Assembly (NCBI GenBank): GCA_963666275.2
Contig: CAXXOA010000002.1
Location: forward strand, 928,001 to 992,000
Origin: Oceanispirochaeta sp.
Lineage (GTDB): Bacteria; Spirochaetota; Spirochaetia; DSM-2461
Length of the DNA stretch: 64,000 bases
Reading direction: 5' to 3'
In this document: in pieces, positions 9,786 through 18,862 of the stretch
Position numbering within the stretch: the stretch's first letter is position 1
Layout: each line of letters begins with the position of its first letter
Position numbers and translations under genes: made by a program
The notes under the pieces: generated by a model
Seen by the model: the letters and a program-made list of their open reading frames with translations, nothing else
Databases searched by the model: none
What the model was told of the DNA's origin: nothing

Positions 9786-10510
9786 GTCAGAGAGTTCTGG
9801 TAACCGGAGGATCCCGGGGTATAGGAAAAGAAATAGTCAGTGTATTTCTGGAAAATGGTGCGGAAGTGCATTTTATAAGTACCAGTCCCAGTCCCCATCA
9901 GGAGGAGCTGGAGAAACTGGCAGCGGAACATAATACCACTGTCACCTGGCATCAGGGAAATGTGGCCGATGAAGAGCAGATGACTGCGATCGTCGAACCT
10001 CTGGCGAAAGAGGGTCTGGATGTGGTTGTGAACAATGCGGGAATCACCCGGGACGGACTGATCTTCCGGATGTCTAAAGACCAGTGGGACCAGGTTATGA
10101 ATGTAAACCTGACAAGCACCTTTCTGGTATCAAAAATTGCGGCTTCCCAGATGATCCGTAAAAGAAGCGGAAGCATCATTAATATTTCCAGCGTGGTCGG
10201 TGTGACTGGGAATGCGGGACAGACCAACTATGCCGCATCCAAAGCGGGGATGATCGGTTTTACCAAGAGCCTCGCCAAGGAAGTGGCCGGCAGAAATGTT
10301 CGGGTTAACGCCGTGGCTCCCGGTTTTATCGAATCCGATATGACCGCCGCCCTGAGTGAGAAGGTGATGGAAGAGCTGAAAGGTCAGATCCCCATGGGAA
10401 GAACCGGTCAGGCCCGTGAGATTGCCGATGTTGTCTATTTCCTGGCTTCGGATAAAGCTTCCTATGTCACAGGGCAGACAATTAACGTTAACGGCGGAAT
10501 GGCCATGTAG
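9782..10510 (+). CDS. fabG: 3-oxoacyl-ACP reductase
   Basis: TGGSRGIG, NNAGITRD and YAASK SDR motifs within a fab operon. Confidence 0.95.
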   Translation: MSQRVLVTGGSRGIGKEIVSVFLENGAEVHFISTSPSPHQEELEKLAAEHNTTVTWHQGNVADEEQMTAIVEPLAKEGLDVVVNNAGITRDGLIFRMSKDQWDQVMNVNLTSTFLVSKIAASQMIRKRSGSIINISSVVGVTGNAGQTNYAASKAGMIGFTKSLAKEVAGRNVRVNAVAPGFIESDMTAALSEKVMEELKGQIPMGRTGQAREIADVVYFLASDKASYVTGQTINVNGGMAM

Positions 10511-10650
10511 ACGGCATGCCGTTGACGGATGATAGAGCCGTCCATTGGCTGGATTCTGATTCCGGTATAGGATTGACCGGAAAAAAAACATATTCCCCTG
10601 TTAGGGGAATATCTGATTTTGAAAGATTACTCTGGAAGGAGAGATAGGAT

Positions 10651-11892
10651 ATGTCAAAAAGAGTTGTTGTCACTGGACTGGGAACTGTAAACCCGGTTGG
10701 TAAGGATATTAAAGAGTTCTGGGATGGACTGAAAGCCGGTAAAATCGGGATCGGACCCCTCACAAAGTTTGATGCATCCGAATTCCCCGTTAAAATTGCC
10801 GGTGAGATCAAAGATTTTGATCCCTCTGTGAGAATTGATAAAAAAGAAGCCAGGAAGATGGCTCTCTTTACGCAGTATGCTGTATATGCCGCAAAAGAAG
10901 CCTTTGATGATTCCGGGCTTTCCGAAGGAAACTATGATTCCAACCGGGTCGGCGTGGTTCTCGGAAACGGAATCGGCGGATTTGAAGTTATCGAAGAGGG
11001 AATCACCCGTCTCAACGACAGAGGTCCTGCCGGTGTTCCCCCCATGTCTGTTCCCAAAATGATCGATAACGAAGGTCCCGCGAATGTGGCGATCTCTCTG
11101 GGTTTTCACGGTCCCTGTTCCGTTATTTCCACAGCCTGTGCCAGTGCTACCGATGCGGTGGGTCAGGCAATGATGATGATCAAAAGCGGTATGGCCGACT
11201 GTATTTTCACAGGCGGTATGGAAGCGGCGATCACACCCTTCGGTATTGCCGGATTTGCCAAGATCCAGGCTCTCTCCACAAAAAATGATTCACCTGAAAC
11301 TGCCTGCCGGCCTTTTGACAAAGACAGGGACGGTTTTATCATGGGCGAAGGAGCAGGTATCCTGGTTCTGGAGGAGCTGGAACACGCAAAGAAAAGGAAT
11401 GCTCCTATCTATGCGGAAATCGTCGGATACGGTGCCACCTGTGATGCGGGACACCTGACGGCTCCCGACCCCGAAGGGATCGGAGCGGCCCGCTCCATGG
11501 CCGTCGCTCTGGAAAGTGCCGGACTGAAGCCCGAAGACATTGACTATATCAATGCCCACGGTACATCCACTCCCACCAACGATCCCATTGAAACCAAGGC
11601 CATCAAAAAAGCTTTCGGGGATCATGCCTACAAACTGAAGATCTCTTCCACCAAATCCATGACGGCCCATATGGTCGGAGGAGCCGGTGGTGTGGAAGCT
11701 ATTGTCTGTGTCCTGGCTATCAAGGATTCCTTTATGCCCGGTACAATGAACCTGGACAATCCCGAAGAGGGATGCGATCTGGATTTCCTGGCAGGTGCCG
11801 GAAAAGAAGCCCCCGTCCGGGCGGCCCTGAGTGACTCTCTCGGCTTCGGCGGTCATAATGCTTCTATCATTTTTAAAAAATACGAGGACTGA
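10651..11892 (+). CDS. fabF: 3-oxoacyl-ACP synthase II
   Basis: TACAS, NAHGTST and GFGGHNA motifs. Confidence 0.96.
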   Translation: MSKRVVVTGLGTVNPVGKDIKEFWDGLKAGKIGIGPLTKFDASEFPVKIAGEIKDFDPSVRIDKKEARKMALFTQYAVYAAKEAFDDSGLSEGNYDSNRVGVVLGNGIGGFEVIEEGITRLNDRGPAGVPPMSVPKMIDNEGPANVAISLGFHGPCSVISTACASATDAVGQAMMMIKSGMADCIFTGGMEAAITPFGIAGFAKIQALSTKNDSPETACRPFDKDRDGFIMGEGAGILVLEELEHAKKRNAPIYAEIVGYGATCDAGHLTAPDPEGIGAARSMAVALESAGLKPEDIDYINAHGTSTPTNDPIETKAIKKAFGDHAYKLKISSTKSMTAHMVGGAGGVEAIVCVLAIKDSFMPGTMNLDNPEEGCDLDFLAGAGKEAPVRAALSDSLGFGGHNASIIFKKYED

Positions 11893-11897
11893 GACAT

Positions 11898-12323
11898 ATG
11901 TCAGAAATGGAAAAATTACTGCCCCACAGGGCACCCTTCCTGTTTGTAGACAGGCTGGAGAATATTGATGAAAAAGGTATCACAGGATACAGAAAGTTTA
12001 CGGACGAGGATTTTTTCTTCAAAGGACACTTTCCCGGTTATCCCGTTGTTCCCGGTGTTATCCTGATTGAGTCCATGGCTCAGGCAGGGGGAGCGGGCCT
12101 GAAAAAGCAGGGTCTGGGCGGAGAGAAAGATCTGTTCTTCCTTGCCTCTGTTGAAAAGGCCAAATTCCGCCGTCAGGTGGTTCCCGGTGATGAAGTCCGT
12201 ATGGAAGTTGTCAATGAAAGGGTTTCGGGGATGATGATCAAGCAGAGCGGAAAAGCCTATGTGGGCGACGAGCTTGCATGTGAAGCCTCATGGCTCTGTA
12301 TCATGAAAAAAGAGGAGGCCTGA
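11898..12323 (+). CDS. fabZ: 3-hydroxyacyl-ACP dehydratase
   Basis: LPHRAPFLFVD and GHFPGYPVVPGV motifs. Confidence 0.95.
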   Translation: MSEMEKLLPHRAPFLFVDRLENIDEKGITGYRKFTDEDFFFKGHFPGYPVVPGVILIESMAQAGGAGLKKQGLGGEKDLFFLASVEKAKFRRQVVPGDEVRMEVVNERVSGMMIKQSGKAYVGDELACEASWLCIMKKEEA

Positions 12324-12326
12324 GGC

Positions 12327-13514
12327 ATGCTTATTACTCCCAAGATTATCAATAACATCTGTCTGACCACACATCCTGAAGGGTGTGAAAAAGAGGTTAT
12401 GAACCAGATTGACTATGTAAAGTCCCAGCCGAAGATTGATATGCCCAAAAAGGTCCTTGTTGTGGGATGCTCTACCGGTTTCGGTCTGGCTTCCCGTATC
12501 TCCGCGGCCTTTGCCGGTGGTGCGGAGACTCTGGGGGTTTCCTTTGAAAAACCCCAGACGGCAAAACGGCCGGGAACTCCCGGCTGGTATAATAACAGGG
12601 CTTTCGACAGGGCCTCCGCTGCAGAGGGGCTCAAATCCCATACTCTGGACGGAGACGCTTTTTCTGATGAAATGAAGGCTCAGGCTATTTCATGGATCAG
12701 GGAGAACTGGGGAGAAGTTGATCTGATTGTTTACTCTCTGGCCTCTCCCGTCAGGGTCGATCCGGAAACCGGAGAAACCTACAAGTCCGTTCTGAAGCCC
12801 ATCGGAAAGCCTTTTACGGCTCTTTCGGTTGACTATATGAAAGAGACTGTCAATGAGGTGACCATCGAACCCGCCGATGACGGGGATGTGGAACCCACCG
12901 TGAAGGTCATGGGTGGTGAAGACTGGATCCGCTGGATCTCCCAGATGAAAGAAGCCGGAGTTCTGGCTGAAAACTGTAAAACCGTTGCCTACTCCTATAT
13001 AGGCCCCGAGGTTACCTATGCTGTTTACAGAGAAGGAACCATCGGTAAAGCCAAAGAGCATCTGGAGGCCAGCTCCAGAACTCTGAACGATATGCTGAAA
13101 GATCTGAAGGGTGAGGCTTTTGTTTCTGTAAATAAAGCTCTTGTGACCCGTTCCAGCGCCGTTATTCCTGTTGTTCCTCTCTACATCGCCCTGCTTTTCA
13201 GAGTGATGAAAGAGAAAGGAATCCATGAGGGCTGTATTGAACAGATGTACCGCCTTCTGTCTGACCGTCTGTATGGTAAGGGCGAGGTTCCTGTGGATGA
13301 TCAGGGACGGATCCGTGTGGATGACTGGGAGATGAGAGAAGATGTTCAGCAGGCTGTCTCTGAACTCTGGGATCAGGTAAATTCCGGGAATGTATCCGAA
13401 TTGTCGGATATTAAGGGATTCCGTGAGGATTATCTTAAACTTCATGGTTTCGCAATAGATGGAATCGACTATGATAAGGAGGTAGATCTTTCAGCAAATT
13501 TAGAGCAGGAATAA
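12327..13514 (+). CDS. fabV: Enoyl-ACP / trans-2-enoyl-CoA reductase (FabV/Ter)
   Basis: GCSTGFGLASRI, YSLASP, VMGGEDW and YxxxxxxxxYxxGTIGKAK FabV/Ter motifs. Confidence 0.93.
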   Translation: MLITPKIINNICLTTHPEGCEKEVMNQIDYVKSQPKIDMPKKVLVVGCSTGFGLASRISAAFAGGAETLGVSFEKPQTAKRPGTPGWYNNRAFDRASAAEGLKSHTLDGDAFSDEMKAQAISWIRENWGEVDLIVYSLASPVRVDPETGETYKSVLKPIGKPFTALSVDYMKETVNEVTIEPADDGDVEPTVKVMGGEDWIRWISQMKEAGVLAENCKTVAYSYIGPEVTYAVYREGTIGKAKEHLEASSRTLNDMLKDLKGEAFVSVNKALVTRSSAVIPVVPLYIALLFRVMKEKGIHEGCIEQMYRLLSDRLYGKGEVPVDDQGRIRVDDWEMREDVQQAVSELWDQVNSGNVSELSDIKGFREDYLKLHGFAIDGIDYDKEVDLSANLEQE

Positions 13515-13589
13515 TCCTGTACAGCAGTTGTTAATTGACACATGTATCTGCCGCAGGTTCTGATGGCAGTTACCTTTGAAAATCGCATT

Positions 13590-13622
13590 AAGGCTGCTCC
13601 TGTCAGGACCAGCCTTTTTTTT
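13590..13622 (+). terminator. Intrinsic terminator of the fab operon
   Basis: AAGGCTG..TCCT-gtc-AGGA..CAGCCTT followed by a long T run. Confidence 0.7.
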
Positions 13623-13638
13623 GTATAATGGATGAACC

Positions 13639-14235
13639 ATGCCGAAAATAATTGATCATAAGAAAAGAAAACAGGAAATTCTCAAAAGGGCTTTCGTCAT
13701 ATTCGCCCGTCGGGGGTATCAGGATACGAACCTTTCCTATATCGCCGACAGATGCGGGATCTCCCGTCCTACTCTTTATCTCTATTTCAAGGATAAAGAA
13801 GAGATCTTCTACTATGCAGTAAAAGAAATGACTCATAGTATGTTTAAACAGTATAAAGAGCTCTTTGATACGGAACACATGACCCAGCTTGAGAAACTGA
13901 AATTCATCTGCTCCGATATTATCCGGATCTCTTTCCGTCAGAAGGATTTCTACTACAGTCTGGCTGATTTTCTTTTCCAGATGAAACGGCAGGGAATGGA
14001 CTATTCCCGGGAAATCCAGAAACGGACCGTGGGTCTGACATTTCTGCTTGCCAGGATCATACGGAAAGGTGTTGAGAATGGCGAATTCCGGGAAATGGAT
14101 CCCAAAGATATGGCCTTTCAGCTTTTCAATATGCTCCAGGCCTTCGCCTTCCAGATCGCCCTGATCGAGACGTTCAAACCCGAACCGGCTATCGCGGCGA
14201 TTACATCCTATCTCGACAGTTTCGGTTCCAGCTGA
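13639..14235 (+). CDS. TetR/AcrR family transcriptional regulator
   Basis: N-terminal HTH with IADRCGISRPTLYLYFKDKEE. Confidence 0.93.
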   Translation: MPKIIDHKKRKQEILKRAFVIFARRGYQDTNLSYIADRCGISRPTLYLYFKDKEEIFYYAVKEMTHSMFKQYKELFDTEHMTQLEKLKFICSDIIRISFRQKDFYYSLADFLFQMKRQGMDYSREIQKRTVGLTFLLARIIRKGVENGEFREMDPKDMAFQLFNMLQAFAFQIALIETFKPEPAIAAITSYLDSFGSS

Positions 14236-14923
14236 GCAGCGCTTCTTTCAACTCTCCGAAATCGGATACTTCCATATCCGGTTTCCAGGGAGACTGATTC
14301 TCCCATTTCCCCGGGTTGTACCAGCAGGTACTGATCCCCGCCTGAATGCCTCCGGCTATATCCGATGTCAGACTGTCCCCTATGATCAGGACTTTTTCCG
14401 ACAGGGGCACTCCCATGTTTTCAGAAACAATCTCAAAAATCTCTCTGGAGGGTTTGGCGTATCCCACATCCTCCGAAATGGTGAAGCTTGTGAAATTCAA
14501 CTGGAATTCCCGCCTGTCCAGCCTGTTTTTCTGGACCCCAGAGAGCCCGTTGGTAATGACTCCCATGGCATAACCGGCTTCAGCCAGTTCGGTAATCAGG
14601 CTGACCGCTCCAGGATAGAAGTGGGATTCCTTTCCCAGGTAGTGCAGATACATTTCAGACAGTTCCTCCGGATCCCGAGAAGAGGGCAGATCCCGGCTGA
14701 ATCTTCTGAAACGCTCGGTTTTCAGTTCTTTTCCTGTTATGAACCCCTGCTCCAGTTCGAGCCAGATCGCATCATTGACTTTATGATATATTTTTCGGAA
14801 CTCTTCGGGGGGGAGGGGATTGTCCATCGCCTCCCGGAGGTTCTCCAGAGCATTGGTTTCGGCAAGTCTGAAATCCAGAAGGGTTCCGTCCAGATCGAAT
14901 AAAAGGGTTTCATATTTCTGCAT
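14201..14923 (-). CDS. HAD-family nucleotidase (YjjG/PynA-like)
   Basis: FDLDGTL, ITNG, KP and IGDSLTSDI motifs. Confidence 0.88.
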   Translation of the reverse strand: MQKYETLLFDLDGTLLDFRLAETNALENLREAMDNPLPPEEFRKIYHKVNDAIWLELEQGFITGKELKTERFRRFSRDLPSSRDPEELSEMYLHYLGKESHFYPGAVSLITELAEAGYAMGVITNGLSGVQKNRLDRREFQLNFTSFTISEDVGYAKPSREIFEIVSENMGVPLSEKVLIIGDSLTSDIAGGIQAGISTCWYNPGKWENQSPWKPDMEVSDFGELKEALLSWNRNCRDRM

Positions 14924-15000
14924 CTGTTTATCCTAGCAAAAAAGAGGCTCTTGCTGAACCCGTTTCTCCAGAGGAACAGGCAGCTCCGGGGAATGCAGAA

Positions 15001-15045
15001 AAGGCACTTCCTGCAGAGATCGGATCATCTCTGAAAGAAGTGCCC
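15001..15045 (-). terminator. Long hairpin downstream of the NCS2 permease
   Basis: GGCACTTC..CAGAGAT/ATCTCTG..GAAGTGCC inverted repeat, with a short U tract on the minus strand. Confidence 0.55.
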
Positions 15046-15066
15046 CACAGGAAAGAAAAGCTATTC

Positions 15067-16350
15067 CTAGACGAAAAATTTCAGAACAAAAATGGCCGCT
15101 ACAATGTAGGTGAGAACAGGAACTTCCTTGCCTTTTCCTGTAAAGAGTTTCATAAGGACATAGGAGATAACTCCGAAGACGATTCCTTCTGAAATGCTGT
15201 AGGCCAGGGGCATCATAATAATAGTCAGAAATGCCGGAAGGGCTTCTGTGATCTCATCCAGTTCAATATCTTTGATGGGGCTCATCATGAAAAGTCCCAC
15301 TAGGATAAGAGCAGGGGCTGTGGCAGCGCCGGGGATCATTATGAAAAGGGGAGAAAGAAAGAGAGCTATAAAGAAGAGGACTGCGGTCGTCAGTGCGGTG
15401 AGCCCGGTTTTGCCCCCTTCCTCGACGCCGGCAGCACTTTCCACGTATGTGGTTACAGTACTGGTTCCCAGTATGGCTCCAACGGTTGTTCCCACCGCAT
15501 CGGCCATCAGAGCTTCTTTGACTCTGGGGAGTTTTCCCTCGCTGTCCAGCAGCTTGGCTTTGGTTGAAACTCCGATCAGAGTTCCCACCGTGTCAAACAT
15601 ATCCACCATAAGGAAGGTGAAAAGAACAATCAGCATATCCAGTGTGAAAATCTGGGAAAAATCGAATTTGAAAAATATAGGTGCCAGAGAGGGAGGAGCC
15701 CAGGATCCGGAAGGTGCCTGAGTCAGACCCAGGGGAAATCCTATCACTGTGGCTGCCAGAATTCCTATAAGCAGGGCTCCTTTGACCTTGAACGCCAGGA
15801 GAAGACCGGTAAGGATCAATCCGATCAGGGCCAGCTGGAATTCGGGGGTCCCTATGGATCCCAGTCCCACAGTTGTTCCCGGATTGGCTACGATGATTTT
15901 GGCATTGCTGAGGCCGATAAAAGCAATAAAAAGGCCTATACCGACGGAGATCGCTTTTTTGATATTGGGAGGTATGCAGTTGATGATGGCTTCCCGTACA
16001 TTCAGAAAGGTCAGAACGATAAAAATGATACCTTCCAGAAAGACGGCGGTCAGGGCAAACTGCCAGCTGTAGCCCATTCCTATACAGACGGTATAGGCAA
16101 AAAAGGCATTCAGCCCCATTCCCGGGGCCAGGGCAAAGGGGAGTTTTGCCACCAGGGCCATCACAAGGGTGGCGATCAGTGATGAGAGAGCTGTGGCTGT
16201 AAATACGGCGCCGAAATCCATTCCGGTTTCGCTGAGGATCAGAGGGTTTACGATGAGAATGTAAGCCATGGTCAGAAAGGTGGTGATTCCCGCAATGACT
16301 TCGGTTTTCACATCAGTTCCGTGTTCTTTCAGCTGAAAAAACTTTTCCAT
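15067..16350 (-). CDS. NCS2/AzgA-family purine (adenine/guanine/hypoxanthine) permease
   Basis: EVIAGITTFLTMAYI, APGMGLNAFF and YVESAAGVEEGGKTGL AzgA/PbuG motifs. Confidence 0.93.
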   Translation of the reverse strand: MEKFFQLKEHGTDVKTEVIAGITTFLTMAYILIVNPLILSETGMDFGAVFTATALSSLIATLVMALVAKLPFALAPGMGLNAFFAYTVCIGMGYSWQFALTAVFLEGIIFIVLTFLNVREAIINCIPPNIKKAISVGIGLFIAFIGLSNAKIIVANPGTTVGLGSIGTPEFQLALIGLILTGLLLAFKVKGALLIGILAATVIGFPLGLTQAPSGSWAPPSLAPIFFKFDFSQIFTLDMLIVLFTFLMVDMFDTVGTLIGVSTKAKLLDSEGKLPRVKEALMADAVGTTVGAILGTSTVTTYVESAAGVEEGGKTGLTALTTAVLFFIALFLSPLFIMIPGAATAPALILVGLFMMSPIKDIELDEITEALPAFLTIIMMPLAYSISEGIVFGVISYVLMKLFTGKGKEVPVLTYIVAAIFVLKFFV

Positions 16351-16437
16351 AGAGACTCCTTAAGTTTAAATTTCCAGATATTATTGTAAAACCTATTTAA
16401 CTGAACAATCAATCAATAGTTGAAAATATCGAAGAAA

Positions 16438-16447
16438 GTCAGACAAG
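16438..16447 (-). promoter_or_regulatory. Candidate operator CTTGTCTGAC between the permease and ade
   Basis: GTCAGACAAG is the exact reverse complement of the 10-mer repeated at 18832-18841 and 18851-18860. Confidence 0.5.
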
Positions 16448-16477
16448 ATTATGCTATATTCTGAATTGGAGGTCTTT

Positions 16478-18202
16478 ATGGAGTTGAAACAGTTTATAGA
16501 TGCCGCCGCCGGAAGAAAAAAAGCGGATATTGTTTTCAGAAACGGAAAAATCATCAATGTTTTCACAGGAGAAATCCAGGAAAACAGCCTGGCTGTGAAA
16601 GACGGTATCATTCTGGGCTACGGCGCCTACGAAGGCAGGGAGGAGGTTGACCTGGAAGGAGCCTATCTGGCTCCAGGATTCATCGATGCCCATGTCCATA
16701 TAGAATCCTCCCTTTCCACTCCCGAAAATTTCTCCTCCCTTGTAGTCCCCCGGGGAACTACCACTGTGATTGCCGATCCTCATGAGATTGCCAATGTATG
16801 CGGTCTGGACGGCATACGCTATATGCTGGACGCTTCGGAAAACCTTCCCCTGGACTGCCTTTTCATGCTTCCCTCCTGTGTTCCCGCCACGCCTTTCGAG
16901 AATGCCGGTGCTGTCCTGGAGGCGGAGGACCTGGCTCAGCTGATTGACCGGGACCGCGTCCTGGGCCTGGGAGAGATGATGAACTATCCCGGCCTGATCG
17001 GAGGAGATGATAAAGTCCTGGCAAAAATCCGCCTGGCCCGGGAGAGGGGAAAGCCCATTGACGGTCACTCTCCCATGGTGGAAAGGAAGGACCTGAACGC
17101 CTATGCCGGTGCGGGAGTCATGACCGATCATGAGTGTGCCACTCCCGATGAAATGAAAGACCGCCTGAGAAGGGGCATGTATGTGCTGATCCGGGAGGGG
17201 TCGGCTGCCCGGAATCTGACAAGCCTTGTGACAGCGGTAAACGCCAATAATGTCAGGCGCTGTGCGTTCTGTACCGATGACAAACAGCCCGAAGACATCA
17301 TCCAGGATGGTCATATCAATTACAGCATCAGAGAGGCTGCCTCTATGGGACTCAATCCCCTCTGGGCTATTCAGATGGCGACCATTAATGCCTGCGAGTG
17401 TTACGGCCTGAAAGGCAAGGGCGCACTGGCTCCCGGGTATGCTGCCGATATGGTTGTGCTGAAGGACCTGGAAAGTTTTCAGGTCCAGCAGGTTTATAAA
17501 GACGGAGAACTGGTGGCCCGGGATGGAAAGATTCTGAAAAGTTCAGAACAGAATCCCGGCGACGCCGTGAGGGATACCGTCCGGATCAGAGAGCTGTCAG
17601 CCGGTGATTTCCGGATGTCCCTGGAAACGGACCTGGCCCGGGTTATACGGATACTGCCCCATTCGATCGTTACGGAAAGTGCTGTGCGGAAAGTCGACAG
17701 GGATCAGGAGGGTTATTTTATCAATCATCCCCATCTGGATATCCTGAAAATGGCTGTGATCGAGAGGCACGGCGGTAAGGGGCATATCGGTTTGGGGCTT
17801 GTGGAAAACTACAGAATGAAGGGGGGCGCTGTGGCATCCTCCATCGCCCATGATTCCCATAATCTTATAGTCATAGGCGACAGTGATGAAGATATGGCAC
17901 AGGCCGTGAATGAACTGGCCGGGAGCGGCGGAGGCATCTGCGTTGTCTCCGGCGGAAAGGTTCTGGGAAAACTGGATCTGCCCATTGCCGGCTTGATGTC
18001 TGATCAGCCTGCTGAAAAGGTCAGCGCCATCCTCAAAGATATGCTGGAGACGGCCCGGACCCATCTGGGGGTCAATCCGGATCTGGATCCCTTTATGACC
18101 CTGGCCTTTATGGCTCTTCCTGTAATTCCGGAGCTGAAACTGACTGATGAAGGCCTTTTTGATGTGACAAACTTTCAGTTTGTGGATCTGTGCATCAAAT
18201 AA
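16478..18202 (+). CDS. ade: Adenine deaminase
   Basis: DAHVHIESS, DPHEIANV, GEMMN, DGHSP, TDHEC, CTDD and AHDSHN motifs. GGAGG precedes ATG 16478. Confidence 0.95.
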   Translation: MELKQFIDAAAGRKKADIVFRNGKIINVFTGEIQENSLAVKDGIILGYGAYEGREEVDLEGAYLAPGFIDAHVHIESSLSTPENFSSLVVPRGTTTVIADPHEIANVCGLDGIRYMLDASENLPLDCLFMLPSCVPATPFENAGAVLEAEDLAQLIDRDRVLGLGEMMNYPGLIGGDDKVLAKIRLARERGKPIDGHSPMVERKDLNAYAGAGVMTDHECATPDEMKDRLRRGMYVLIREGSAARNLTSLVTAVNANNVRRCAFCTDDKQPEDIIQDGHINYSIREAASMGLNPLWAIQMATINACECYGLKGKGALAPGYAADMVVLKDLESFQVQQVYKDGELVARDGKILKSSEQNPGDAVRDTVRIRELSAGDFRMSLETDLARVIRILPHSIVTESAVRKVDRDQEGYFINHPHLDILKMAVIERHGGKGHIGLGLVENYRMKGGAVASSIAHDSHNLIVIGDSDEDMAQAVNELAGSGGGICVVSGGKVLGKLDLPIAGLMSDQPAEKVSAILKDMLETARTHLGVNPDLDPFMTLAFMALPVIPELKLTDEGLFDVTNFQFVDLCIK

Positions 18203-18206
18203 CGCG

Positions 18207-18247
18207 GTAGAGACGCGATTTATCGTGTCTCTACCCCGCGTCTCTAC
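18207..18247. repeat. GTAG-family REP-like palindrome with a partial second copy
   Basis: GTAGAGACGCGATTTATCGTGTCTCTAC (18207-18234) followed by GCGTCTCTAC (18238-18247). Confidence 0.65.
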
Positions 18248-18261
18248 CTGATTTGGATGGC

Positions 18262-18299
18262 AAAAAAAAGGCGGATGCTGCTGAGCATCCGCCTTTTTT
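18262..18299. terminator. Bidirectional intrinsic terminator between ade and ndk
   Basis: A-run + GGCGGATGCT-gctg-AGCATCCGCC + T-run. Confidence 0.88.
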
Positions 18300-18300
18300 A

Positions 18301-18783
18301 TCAGATCAAACCGTTTAATACGGTTTTGTAGGAATCAACAAAATCTTCTTTCCGGAACCAGAGGGCCAGTTCCCTCCGGGCGCTTTCCACAGAATCCGAG
18401 GCATGAACCACGTTGTAGATCGTTCCGTTCAGTTCGGGGCTTCTTGCGTAACCCATATGGGTAAAATCCCCACGGATTGTTCCCGGTGCTGCTGTGCGGG
18501 GTTCTGTATCCCCGTTGATTTTTCTGACAACTTCAACAGCATGGGCTCCTTCCAGTGCCAGAGCCATGGAGGGACCGGAGGTCAGGAAATCTTTGAGGGG
18601 ATTGAAAAAGTCTTTCCCCTTATGCTCTGCATAGTGTTCAGATGCCAGTTCATCGCTGCAGCTGATCAGTTTTGCCGCCACTAACTGGAGTCCCGCATTT
18701 TCATACCTTTTAAGAACCTCTCCGATGAGGCCTCTCTTAACACCGTCTGGTTTTACCAGCACAAAAGTTCTTTCCCATGTCAT
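18301..18783 (-). CDS. ndk: Nucleoside-diphosphate kinase
   Basis: ERTFVLVKPDGV, PGTIRGDF and NVVHASDS motifs. Confidence 0.95.
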   Translation of the reverse strand: MTWERTFVLVKPDGVKRGLIGEVLKRYENAGLQLVAAKLISCSDELASEHYAEHKGKDFFNPLKDFLTSGPSMALALEGAHAVEVVRKINGDTEPRTAAPGTIRGDFTHMGYARSPELNGTIYNVVHASDSVESARRELALWFRKEDFVDSYKTVLNGLI

Positions 18784-18790
18784 TTGATCG

Positions 18791-18818
18791 ATTATAGGTA
18801 TACGAATCTTTGTGTCAA
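18791..18818 (-). promoter_or_regulatory. Consensus sigma70 promoter of ndk
   Basis: Minus strand TTGACA-N16-TATAAT, 7 nt before the ATG, with no Shine-Dalgarno. Confidence 0.75.
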
Positions 18819-18829
18819 TAGAAAAAATC

Positions 18830-18862
18830 AACTTGTCTGACCTTTTGTAACTTGTCTGACAA
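18830..18862. promoter_or_regulatory. Tandem operator-like repeat AACTTGTCTGAC x2
   Basis: 12-bp direct repeat at 18830-18841 and 18849-18860. The second copy extends to the palindrome TTGTC-T-GACAA and abuts TTGACA-N17-GACAAT upstream of the BMP gene. Confidence 0.6.

Noticed and set aside
13535..13543. ATTGACACA shared by the fabH, post-fabV and ndk regions as a TetR operator
   Set aside because: It is explained by the -35 hexamer TTGACA, is not palindromic, and also occurs at the unrelated ndk promoter.
16351..16477. Purine riboswitch upstream of the permease, ade or BMP genes
   Set aside because: No purine-aptamer core or three-stem junction is visible; the spacers are short, AT-rich and promoter-like.
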